From positions 205,624 through 269,623 of IMG/VR virus record IMGVR_UViG_3300033067_001661: 64,000 nucleotides of DNA; one strand, written 5' to 3'. The notes under the pieces were generated by a model that worked only from the letters and a program-made list of their open reading frames with translations, had not been told where the DNA came from and searched no databases. This document shows positions 55,355-64,000 of this stretch, in pieces (positions within the stretch are counted from its first letter, which is position 1; each line of letters begins with the position of its first letter). The stretch comes from a virus. Lineage: Duplodnaviria; Heunggongvirae; Uroviricota; Caudoviricetes. The translations under genes and the position numbers were made by a program.

Positions 55355-56540
55355 CTTCAATAGTATCCTCTTGTGGATTTTGCGGTTCGATTGCATTATC
55401 AACAGGAGATTCAGGCTCGCTTGGTGCTGTGGTTTGACCAATTCCTCCAGTATAAGAAACGTCTCTACTTGTTACTCCAGAAATACCAGACATAGGATCA
55501 GGGAAATCGAATCCAGAATCATCATTTGGATCTACAGGAGCATTTGGATCAGTAGGAGCATTTAAGTCTACAGGAGCATTTGGATCAGTCATATCGTCTA
55601 CAGGAGGCGAGAAACCGCTCTGTGTTGCCCAATAATGCTCGTCGCCGCTAACTGTTGGATTTCCGTCCATAAAATCAGCTTCCCTATCCTGAGAGCTAGC
55701 AGAAGGCCCTGGTGTTGGCGATGGAGGAACGTTAGGGTCAAATGGCGGATTATTAGGATCAGCAGAAAGAGGGTCTTCTGTTTGAGCTAAAGACATAAGA
55801 ATACTTACCTTGTCTTTATTGATCGCCGAAACAATCTCTTTCTCTGAAGCAGTAAGGCCTCTACCTTCGCTACTAGCCTTTAGGTAAATACCAAACAAAA
55901 GCTTGTCTGCACTCTTTAGAGAAGCTGTAATCTCAATTGGCTTCTCTTTCTTGTTCATTGGCTTTATGTCAAGCTCTTTACCAAGATGCTCTCTATTTGT
56001 TGCCGCATCAGGATCGTGAGGAAGACCATCAAGGTTTCCAAACCTATGAGGACTATTTTGAAGTTGACTACCCTTCTCTGGTAAGTTAACCATAACTTTT
56101 GTTGGCTCACCATCGAGTTGAGCGCCTACAAACTTATCCCAGAAAGAGGTATCCGCTCCCTTATTTGCCTTTGAAAAAGCATCTCTAAACTTTCTATCAT
56201 TAGCATGAGCAAGAGCGTCAATTGGAGAAACGGTATAGTTATCTTCTCCGCCCTTGAACTGCCTATGAGGATACAATGGAGAATCAGAATCTTCTATCGC
56301 TCCTTCTGTTATCTTTTCAGAAACAGAGGCCTTACGACGAACTTCGTTCAAAAGACCTTCATGAGTTTCTGGACTTTCGCCCAAAGAACGACGGTCTGCC
56401 TCAAGAAGCCCATTGATAGACTTGACACTACCGCCTCCCTCTAGCGAAAGGTTATACTTCTTAGAATGAGACGGAACAGCAGCCGACTGAGGCGTTACGC
56501 TGTTATTGATTACCTGTGCTTTTTTCAAGTTAAAAGTCAT
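55341..56540 (-). CDS. Head-associated protein with acidic Pro-rich tail (start moved to MTFNLKKAQ)
   Basis: GGAGGA RBS; ATG 1 nt after the terminase TAA. Confidence 0.75.
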   Translation of the reverse strand: MTFNLKKAQVINNSVTPQSAAVPSHSKKYNLSLEGGGSVKSINGLLEADRRSLGESPETHEGLLNEVRRKASVSEKITEGAIEDSDSPLYPHRQFKGGEDNYTVSPIDALAHANDRKFRDAFSKANKGADTSFWDKFVGAQLDGEPTKVMVNLPEKGSQLQNSPHRFGNLDGLPHDPDAATNREHLGKELDIKPMNKKEKPIEITASLKSADKLLFGIYLKASSEGRGLTASEKEIVSAINKDKVSILMSLAQTEDPLSADPNNPPFDPNVPPSPTPGPSASSQDREADFMDGNPTVSGDEHYWATQSGFSPPVDDMTDPNAPVDLNAPTDPNAPVDPNDDSGFDFPDPMSGISGVTSRDVSYTGGIGQTTAPSEPESPVDNAIEPQNPQEDTIEDAPF

Positions 56541-56541
56541 T

Positions 56542-59500
56542 TTATATTCCTCCCCTTCGAGGGTACGATGCTCTTTGTTCCAATTTCCTAGCAACCTGCT
56601 GTCCAGGTCCAACCCCATAAGGCTGCCCAGACATAGATCTCCATACTACATCATTAGCTCCCTGTACTGGCAAAGAGACTAATTTTCCTTGTGGAAGTTT
56701 GTTCAACTCTTTTTCGACGCAATTATAACAAGCGCCCGCAAGAGCGTCAACAATATCGTCCGTGGTAATATCTCCGTCTTTCCTTGGATATACCTTATAT
56801 CCGCTATCCAGCCACTTTCTTTGAAGATTCTTCATTTCATTCTTAAGTAAAATGTGATTTGGTATAAACAGCTTACCTTGTACGGCTATTTGGTACAAAT
56901 TATCGTAAATAAGGTTCTTATACTGCTTATTATACGGAGTCATCTTGGTTGGAACGCCTCTTTTCCTGAGTTTAGCTATACTTTCTTGACTATTAAAGTG
57001 ATCGTAAGTAACAACACCAAGACAAAACTTTGTATTCAAATCAGCAACATACTCGTCAACCTCTTCAACTGATATTGGCTTACCAGGCAAAGGCGACCAA
57101 TACTTGATATGGTCTACAACAATTCTCCACTCTTTCCTAGAAGTCGGTTGGTCAAAGAAAACCTCTTTATGAGCAAGAACCAAAGCATAGTTATGGCTCG
57201 AAGTTGCAGGGTCTAAATGGGCAAAGTAATAAATGCCAGGCACCCCTCTGTCTCTAAACTTCAAAACTTTATCAGAGAAACACTTTTCAACAACTTCTTC
57301 TGGAAAGAAGTTTTCACCAGCCGTACCCGAAAACTCCGCTCCAAACTCCATTCGAAACTTTTCTTCGGGCATACTAGGAAAGGCCTGAATAAGAGCTTCT
57401 TTTGACTGCATTGGATTAACTTGCCATGTAGCCGCTCTACAAACGAGTCGGTGGTCAACCTCTGCGTGATTCTGATACAAGTCATAGAAGATACCTTCCT
57501 TACCTCTTGGAGTAGAAAGACAAATGATCTTGCCGTCATAAATCTTGTCAAACTCTTGTTGTCCATTAGCGTCAAGAACAGGCTTGCCTTCCGCGTCAAC
57601 CCTTGGAACTTTCCTAATATACGTCTTTACAGCAGGAGCGAGCGAGTTGAAGATAGCATCGCCTGAAGAAGATCCAGCCGTATTCTTGTAAAGACCAATT
57701 TCGTCGAGCAACAAGACGTAGCAAGAAATACCTACCAAGCTGTCTGAGTTACTATGTCCTGATCGAACAACAATAGAACCCAAACCAGGGGCAAACCCCT
57801 TGGCAACCAACTCTTCATTCCTTCGTTTATCTTCGGGAGTCAAGAAATGGATTGCGTCCGCAGTAATACCTTCTGGTAAAACCTTATCCTTAAAGTAATC
57901 GCTATTGAGAACCTTGTCCTTAATTTCTCGGAACAAAATCTTTGCCTGTTGAGTCGAGTTTGCTATTGTAAGAATGGTAAACGGAGTTGCCATACCAAGC
58001 TTATAGACGGCGTAGGGATTACCGCCAGGACACTCAAGAAGTCTCATTGCTTCGTAAAGAGCTATGATAGATGTAAGGAAGTCTTTTCCGCTATTATGAC
58101 AAATAAAGCCATTTGAACAGAAATTTTGTAAAGACGGGTCCGAAGAAACCATCAAATCAAAAGTTCTTTTCGCTCCAATCTTTTTGATAGATACAATCGG
58201 TGAAAAGATAGGCGAGTCGCTAACCTTTTCAATATCAACATTATGAGCAATCTCTTGAACTGCTTCATCTTTTCCTACAAAACCGATCTCGTCAATAAAT
58301 CGACGAACACAGGAGTTTTTGCTTATAACTAAAATATGCTCTGGCTTAGAATTGATTAGCTTTGATTGAAAAGTTGAAAATACACCAAACCTTGACAACA
58401 AATGCTGTACTTGCTTCGTTAGCTGTAGACTCGAAAAAGAAGCCTCAATTTTACATGTGAAACGAGAAGTCTTTGTGTAAGAAATCTCTCCATCACAACT
58501 AAAAAGAGACTTCAAATAAGCTGCAACAATATTCTTTGGCGAAGAAAAGATCCTTGACGGAACAAACTTCTGCGGACTTGTTTTATTCTTCAAACCGTTT
58601 TGGTCTAGAAGCGTAATAGCATTATTTTGTTGAGCCTTTGTTGCCTTTTGAGAATAAACGTAAGTGTATTTACGCTCGTCTTCAGACTTTATGTTATGAT
58701 TACTTGCTGGTTCTATCTTAGAGTCAGCACAATATTTCGTTATTCTTAGCTTGAAATCTTCAAAAACTTCTCCATTACTGAGCGACGTAGCAAGATAAGC
58801 TCCAACCGAATCACAAGAACCGCTGCTCAAATAACCAAGAATAACAGCCTCGTCTTCAGATAGCTCCGTAGAACTACCAAAGAAAGGCTGATAAGACGCT
58901 AACGCTACTTTGTCCTTTGGTTTCAAATCTTTGACATGAACCCATCCTGCTTCTGTCAAAAACGGATGATTATCTGTTGCTTCTATTTCGTGTCCAGAAA
59001 TGGTTTGAATCTTATAGACATCTCTAACGCCTTGAAGTATCAAGTTGCAATTGTCTATTGAAACCATCTTCTTGGCTCGTTCGTCAAACGTCCAAGACTC
59101 TAGCTTGGTTTTTCCATAGTTCCAAAGCTCGCCAAGTGTCCAGTTTCTTCCTGTTTTGATATCAAGGATTTCACTATTTTCAGAAAGACATCTTCGGCCC
59201 CAAACAAGAACAAGCTCTCTAAACTGATTACCAGAATTCCACTTATCTAATAAAGCGCCATTAAGCGGATCATTTAGTCCGTTCTTTTGAATTACCTCAA
59301 GATCTTCTGGAGTTAACTGTAAATCTTCATTTCCATCGCTACCCCTATAAAAGCACTTAAGTATGAGCTTTTGAATATCGTAAAGATTAACAGGGGGATT
59401 AGCGTAAGGTAGTCCAAGAAACTTTGGACTATCAACAAACTCCACAATACTTGGAATCTTAGCCAGTCCAGCTACTTCCTTTTTCATCTTTTCTCTCAAC

Positions 59501-59565
59501 TCGTTCAACAAGCCAAGAGAACTACCTTGCTGCGGCTTCTGTGATTGCTTCTTTTCTTTTGCCAT
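56542..59565 (-). CDS. terL: Terminase large subunit (641 aa after intein splicing)
   Basis: Walker A GRR/SGK split by the intein; Walker B YVLLLDE; CLSTPRG; RNase H-like FAHLDPA and DDIVDALAG. Confidence 0.92.
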   Translation of the reverse strand: MAKEKKQSQKPQQGSSLGLLNELREKMKKEVAGLAKIPSIVEFVDSPKFLGLPYANPPVNLYDIQKLILKCFYRGSDGNEDLQLTPEDLEVIQKNGLNDPLNGALLDKWNSGNQFRELVLVWGRRCLSENSEILDIKTGRNWTLGELWNYGKTKLESWTFDERAKKMVSIDNCNLILQGVRDVYKIQTISGHEIEATDNHPFLTEAGWVHVKDLKPKDKVALASYQPFFGSSTELSEDEAVILGYLSSGSCDSVGAYLATSLSNGEVFEDFKLRITKYCADSKIEPASNHNIKSEDERKYTYVYSQKATKAQQNNAITLLDQNGLKNKTSPQKFVPSRIFSSPKNIVAAYLKSLFSCDGEISYTKTSRFTCKIEASFSSLQLTKQVQHLLSRFGVFSTFQSKLINSKPEHILVISKNSCVRRFIDEIGFVGKDEAVQEIAHNVDIEKVSDSPIFSPIVSIKKIGAKRTFDLMVSSDPSLQNFCSNGFICHNSGKDFLTSIIALYEAMRLLECPGGNPYAVYKLGMATPFTILTIANSTQQAKILFREIKDKVLNSDYFKDKVLPEGITADAIHFLTPEDKRRNEELVAKGFAPGLGSIVVRSGHSNSDSLVGISCYVLLLDEIGLYKNTAGSSSGDAIFNSLAPAVKTYIRKVPRVDAEGKPVLDANGQQEFDKIYDGKIICLSTPRGKEGIFYDLYQNHAEVDHRLVCRAATWQVNPMQSKEALIQAFPSMPEEKFRMEFGAEFSGTAGENFFPEEVVEKCFSDKVLKFRDRGVPGIYYFAHLDPATSSHNYALVLAHKEVFFDQPTSRKEWRIVVDHIKYWSPLPGKPISVEEVDEYVADLNTKFCLGVVTYDHFNSQESIAKLRKRGVPTKMTPYNKQYKNLIYDNLYQIAVQGKLFIPNHILLKNEMKNLQRKWLDSGYKVYPRKDGDITTDDIVDALAGACYNCVEKELNKLPQGKLVSLPVQGANDVVWRSMSGQPYGVGPGQQVARKLEQRASYPRRGGI
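58093..59190 (-). mobile_element. Intein (366 aa) with LAGLIDADG-type homing endonuclease remnant
   Basis: Starts CLSENS, block B IEATDNHPF, ends CHN followed by extein Ser; LKSLFSCDG block E and QVQHLLSRFGV block H. Confidence 0.92.
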
Positions 59566-59567
59566 TT

Positions 59568-60098
59568 TTACCTCAAATCTGAAGCTTCTTTATAGACCAA
59601 CCAATCTTCTCCGCCATTATATGTTAGAAGCTTCAATACGTCTATTGCATTAGCAGTTGAAGATAGAGTTATATCCGTTTGTCCAGGTTTCCTAAACGAA
59701 GACGGAAACGAAACGGTATGACCGCCTGTTGATTGCTCAACAAGTAAGGTCAACTCAAATGCAGAACCCTCGTCTAAGTTATGCAAAAACGTTAGCGACA
59801 GATTCTCGGTAAGCGTGAGTTTTTGAACATTGCCAGCGGTTGTGCTAATTTGATAAGTAGCTCCAACCTCTCCTATGTCATTGTATTTTAGATGGTACGA
59901 ATCAATAACAGGCTTTACCAAAGCGCCCTTATTGAACGTAGCCTCCATTTTTTCTGTGGATAGCTTCAACGGCGTAGGAATGCCGTTGCCGCCATAAACG
60001 GTTACTAGATCGCTTGTGACTCCTATATTATCGTTGTTGAGATACAGAAGGTCATTACACGATTGAGCAGGTGTTTTATCGCCTAGAGACGAACTCAT
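59568..60098 (-). CDS. Short fibre-domain protein
   Basis: C-terminal TL...L.F...EG.AF.LTL..EQ.TGG..V.FP...LS..ANA.D module typical of phage fibre tips. Confidence 0.65.
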   Translation of the reverse strand: MSSSLGDKTPAQSCNDLLYLNNDNIGVTSDLVTVYGGNGIPTPLKLSTEKMEATFNKGALVKPVIDSYHLKYNDIGEVGATYQISTTAGNVQKLTLTENLSLTFLHNLDEGSAFELTLLVEQSTGGHTVSFPSSFRKPGQTDITLSSTANAIDVLKLLTYNGGEDWLVYKEASDLR

Positions 60099-60112
60099 GA
60101 AAATTCCTCAAA

Positions 60113-60895
60113 CTAAAGGTTCTCCCATCCTATCTTATTCATTGGAAGCGTTATATCCTTCCAAAGAAGATGCATGTCAGACCACCTGGCTTTAGCATCT
60201 CCTATCACCGTTATCGAATATCCAACCTGTTCCGAAAGAATTGCATAGGTCAGCGGAACCTCTAAAAACTGATCTATGAGAAACTCGTCCATGTTGTCGT
60301 ACCCATATGCAGCGCCATATTCTCTCATTACATGAGCATTCAGCGCTCGAACGGCATTATACATAGTCTGTTGATTATCAAGATGCTTGTAGATTATGTA
60401 AGCATACGTTCTTCTTAAAAAGCTCTCAAGCTCCGTTCTGTGTCTTTGGCGAACATTTACATCGCAGTTTTGCAGATTATTATACATGCAAACAAGAGGA
60501 CTTAGACACTCCTTGCCAAGATCATAAGACTCAGCTATGGCCTCAGTTATCACTCTATAGTCATATGTTCCTATTCTATGTCCGTCGTCTGGGACAGGCC
60601 CTCTTGGAGGAACTACAGGCGGAGCAACAGGAGGTGGGGGAGGCGGAGGGGGTGGAGGCGAAGGCGGAGCTTCAAACGTAATAGAAAAAACAGAACTAGA
60701 AAGAGATTCTTCATAAGTAATAAGATCATCTACAAGATAATACGTTACAGCCGTAACAACATAATAATAGGTATTACCTAAAACAACGTCGTTATCAACA
60801 AACGATGTACTGGTTGTTGTGCCAATAAATACAAACGTACCTGGCGTTCCAGTATCAGAGCGATAAATATTGTAATGAGAAAAATCTCCTGGCAA
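60113..60895 (-). CDS. Out-of-frame continuation of 60897..64000: C-terminal part of an FN3 domain, poly-Pro linker and helical domain
   Basis: Begins PGDFSHYNIYR...SFVD...YYYVVTAV (FN3 strands C-G only). Confidence 0.7.
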   Translation of the reverse strand: MPGDFSHYNIYRSDTGTPGTFVFIGTTTSTSFVDNDVVLGNTYYYVVTAVTYYLVDDLITYEESLSSSVFSITFEAPPSPPPPPPPPPPVAPPVVPPRGPVPDDGHRIGTYDYRVITEAIAESYDLGKECLSPLVCMYNNLQNCDVNVRQRHRTELESFLRRTYAYIIYKHLDNQQTMYNAVRALNAHVMREYGAAYGYDNMDEFLIDQFLEVPLTYAILSEQVGYSITVIGDAKARWSDMHLLWKDITLPMNKIGWENL

Positions 60896-60896
60896 A

Positions 60897-63800
60897 TTAT
60901 GGACTCCAGCTTATTGTTATTGTATTTTGGTCAACATCTCCTACCGCAGTTACAGAAGAAGGCGGATCAAGAACAGGGTCGTCAGGGACAAAGGGAACCG
61001 TCAGAATGGTAGATTTGCTCGATTCATTACCAAAAACATCGACAGCAGAAACTTGATAGTAATAGGTTGAATTTGTCCTAACCGCCGTATCGTAAAAGAA
61101 CGGGTTCTTTGTATATTGCCTCTTGACAAAGTTTGCAGGTGTAGAATCTATAACTTGATTTGAAATCTTGCACTTATAAACAATGTAATGACTAAAATCT
61201 GGATCTTCATTAGCGTCCCAGAATATCTTTATGTACTTTCTGTCCGTTGTGTATGTTGTATTTCTTTCTTTATCATAGAAACCATACCTAAGACCGCTTG
61301 GAGGAGCAGGCGCAACAGTTGATGTGTAATTGGCTGGAACGTCTACAAAATCAAATCTTCTATCAACAGCTTCAAAGCTTGAAGACGAAGGATCAAGATT
61401 GGGATAAACATTCAAACCATAGCCGCCGACAACATAGCCATAAGACGCCATAGCCCCAAACCTATACAAAACTTCTTCCTCAGTAAGAGTTGAATCAAAT
61501 CTTACAACACCATAATCAATACACCAATGTTCGTTTCCTGGAACCAAAAAGTTTGCAAGATGATGAGGACCGCATATGCCGTCATACGAGAACAAATACG
61601 AAGCCCCTCTAAAGCAGAATACATCTTGTTTCGCTTTCTCAACCAATAAAGACATATTTGGATATCGCTCCTTATATGTATCCATAAGGTCTAAAGCATT
61701 CTTCATTTGATTCTGATTGAAACTAGAACCAAAGAAATCCAAACCAAGAGAATTTGCCCAAAACAAATCCGAAGCAAGGTCTACTTCGTCATAGAACTTC
61801 TGCATTCGTGCGGTATCTGTAAAATCAATAGTTTCATACTCAACAGACGGACCATATACCGTTGAGCTTGTTGCAACCAAATCTCCATAGCCTTGATAGA
61901 AGCCAAACTGCGCAATTTCTTCACCAAGCCTTTGTAAGCCAGATATTGAAGAAAGCATATTTGGATATCCGGTCCAAGGATACTGGTTTCTGTATATTGG
62001 AGTCAAAATTTGAGGATAGTAGTTTAATCCATTCTCATTATGACCAAGAATTTCCCAAACCATATACCTCTGATAGTTCTTGTTGATAACATTTGAAACA
62101 ATACTGTTTATGTAAGAAGAATACCCCGTTGAAGGTATATTGTAAGAAGCGTTAAGTAGTAACGGAGCAGCGCCAGGGTTTGTTGTCATAACTTCCAAGA
62201 AAACAGGCCTTGGATCTCTAGTATGAACCATTTCATGATTGGACTGTAAATAGTCTTTCCAAGGCTTAGCTTTCAAAACCCATTTAGACGGATTCCTTGC
62301 AACACGAACAGATATGGTTATGGAAAAAGATTCTCCCCTTTGCAAGCAATCATTATAGTAAGAAGTAGAACTTCCTGTATTTGCTAACCACTTTAACTGA
62401 GTTTTACCCCTAGAATATACAACCCCATTAAATCCTGACCTAGACGAGGTTATTTCTTGAAACATCTTGTCAGAATTTACATAATCAGCAGTCCAAGAAA
62501 TAACAACCGCATGATTTTTCAAGAGATAACAGCTAATAGGCGCAAATTTGTATGGATACTCTCTTGCGTCATTGCCTGTATAAAGCCCTTGCTTTGTGTG
62601 GAACATATAGCTATAAAAGCCCATTCCATTCAAATCAGTTAGCAACGAAACATTTCTTCCGCAAAATATTCCGTCAATGTCTATGGTTCCCATTTTTTGA
62701 GCAGCAGAACCAACAGCCTGAGACAAAGGACCGTCATTAGTATAAACAACAGTAATATCTATACCGTCGTCTTCAACGGAGGTTGAAATAGTTGTCTTTA
62801 TATAGTCTCCAACACCATTCAAAAGAGAAAGATAAGGACTTACAGCAGTCTCGTATGATGGGATTCCATATGACTGCCCAACAATTATTTTTGCAGAAGT
62901 AACATCATCATTATCTTGTTCTATAAAAGATGGGTCTCTAATCTCAAATGTAAGATTATGAGAATCATTTGCAACAGCATTGGCATTTGTTGGCCGGCTT
63001 CTATATGACAATGAAGACGAAACGCTAAACTGAGAAGAATCATCAGAAAAAGCAACAAAAGGAGCGGCGCAAACTCTCTGAACTATAGACGAATCAAGAA
63101 GCTCTAACTTATAGTTTCTGTTAATAGACTCATGAGGACTAACCTTTTCAAACTCGTCATACTTTAATACATCAAGAGCAAAAGCTCTTTCTGGCAAGCA
63201 ATCTTCTATCTCTATAACAAATGAAATTGATTGAACGTTTTCAAAAAATGTCTTACAATCAACAGAGACTCCCTCAACTAGCGCCATTCTAACATTTTCA
63301 AGATCAACTGGTTTTGGATAAACATTTCCTTTTACATTAAAATCTGACTGAACTGGATTATAAGATATGTAATTAGACATGCAATTGATTTTGTTATCTA
63401 CAAATACGTTTTGTGAAAAATCAAACTGGTCTAATACAAAATTATCTGCATTCAGATCGCAAACCGCAGAATAATCCGAAACATTTGACCACAATAAGAA
63501 CATATTGTTCAAAATCAAAACCTGCTGCTTTGCAACCGTTGGTTCAAGCAAAATAGCAGAGCAAAGCATGTTATTGTATTTTAGTTCAAATATATTACTT
63601 ACAACACAGATTGCGCCCTGTTGTTGATCTAAATACAAACAAGCTCTCTTTTGAACAATTGTACTTGGATCTGATTTTTGACCACCACCAGCAGCAGAAA
63701 AATAGTTATTCGCTATTCTTACATAGAAAATGTTTGAAATTTCAGAACATCCTCTTATGAAGCAATTAGAATACAAAAAGACATCATTACCTATTGAAAA

Positions 63801-64000
63801 ACTAAAAGCTCCCGCTGATAATTCATCAAAAGTGGTATACAAAAAACCGTATGCAGAAGAATCTCCACCAGGAGAAGAGTATCCAGGTTCAAGAGTTAAG
63901 GCATTATCAAGATATGACCATTGCAAAACAATATGGCTTGGTGAATTGAATTTTATAAGCTTACCTTGCTTCTCATATAGGGTTCTAGAGGTTCCAGAAT
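60897..64000 (-). CDS. Large virion-type protein, 5'-truncated, with C-terminal FN3 domain(s)
   Basis: Frame open from 63926 to the window edge; one intact FN3 (FWDANEDPDFSHY...YYYQVSAVD) then PPSSVTAV...ITISWSP* (FN3 strands A-B). Confidence 0.75.
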   Translation of the reverse strand, partial: SGTSRTLYEKQGKLIKFNSPSHIVLQWSYLDNALTLEPGYSSPGGDSSAYGFLYTTFDELSAGAFSFSIGNDVFLYSNCFIRGCSEISNIFYVRIANNYFSAAGGGQKSDPSTIVQKRACLYLDQQQGAICVVSNIFELKYNNMLCSAILLEPTVAKQQVLILNNMFLLWSNVSDYSAVCDLNADNFVLDQFDFSQNVFVDNKINCMSNYISYNPVQSDFNVKGNVYPKPVDLENVRMALVEGVSVDCKTFFENVQSISFVIEIEDCLPERAFALDVLKYDEFEKVSPHESINRNYKLELLDSSIVQRVCAAPFVAFSDDSSQFSVSSSLSYRSRPTNANAVANDSHNLTFEIRDPSFIEQDNDDVTSAKIIVGQSYGIPSYETAVSPYLSLLNGVGDYIKTTISTSVEDDGIDITVVYTNDGPLSQAVGSAAQKMGTIDIDGIFCGRNVSLLTDLNGMGFYSYMFHTKQGLYTGNDAREYPYKFAPISCYLLKNHAVVISWTADYVNSDKMFQEITSSRSGFNGVVYSRGKTQLKWLANTGSSTSYYNDCLQRGESFSITISVRVARNPSKWVLKAKPWKDYLQSNHEMVHTRDPRPVFLEVMTTNPGAAPLLLNASYNIPSTGYSSYINSIVSNVINKNYQRYMVWEILGHNENGLNYYPQILTPIYRNQYPWTGYPNMLSSISGLQRLGEEIAQFGFYQGYGDLVATSSTVYGPSVEYETIDFTDTARMQKFYDEVDLASDLFWANSLGLDFFGSSFNQNQMKNALDLMDTYKERYPNMSLLVEKAKQDVFCFRGASYLFSYDGICGPHHLANFLVPGNEHWCIDYGVVRFDSTLTEEEVLYRFGAMASYGYVVGGYGLNVYPNLDPSSSSFEAVDRRFDFVDVPANYTSTVAPAPPSGLRYGFYDKERNTTYTTDRKYIKIFWDANEDPDFSHYIVYKCKISNQVIDSTPANFVKRQYTKNPFFYDTAVRTNSTYYYQVSAVDVFGNESSKSTILTVPFVPDDPVLDPPSSVTAVGDVDQNTITISWSP

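Noticed and set aside
11585-60899. Stop-codon reassignment as the cause of the two broken genes
   Set aside because: Both continuations are in the +1 frame, so readthrough would not repair them; TAA, TGA and TAG all end normal genes in this window
1-64000. tRNA, rRNA, CRISPR arrays, integrase or att sites
   Set aside because: None recognised by eye; intergenic space is small and is accounted for by the elements listed. tRNAscan-SE and CRISPRCasFinder would confirm

Overview
This window is a segment of a large (jumbo-type) dsDNA tailed phage genome covering virion morphogenesis. Nearly all genes lie on the minus strand in standard genetic code 11. In transcription order (right to left): a 5'-truncated FN3-containing protein and its out-of-frame continuation, a fibre-domain protein, an intein-containing large terminase, about 20 small or low-complexity head-associated genes (including a 2H phosphoesterase and a DUF192-WYL-like fusion), a portal fused to a DUF559 nuclease, a 2003-aa prohead protease/scaffold, a capsid decoration protein, the major capsid protein, a glycosyltransferase/S8 protease module, about 23 kb of fibre-like genes, a head-tail adaptor-like gene and phoH. 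A three-gene plus-strand island carries a pyruvyl transferase and a GT4. Main observations beyond annotation: (1) a recurrent K-x-A-[S/Q/A/G] motif in head proteins, a candidate prohead-protease cleavage code that could release packaged enzymes; (2) two genes broken by one extra base exactly at a stop codon; (3) three structured intergenic RNAs; (4) an AGGA-N17-GWAW promoter-like motif in most long intergenic gaps. No tRNA, rRNA, CRISPR array, integrase or reverse transcriptase was seen. Family calls come from motif recognition by eye; no database searches were run.
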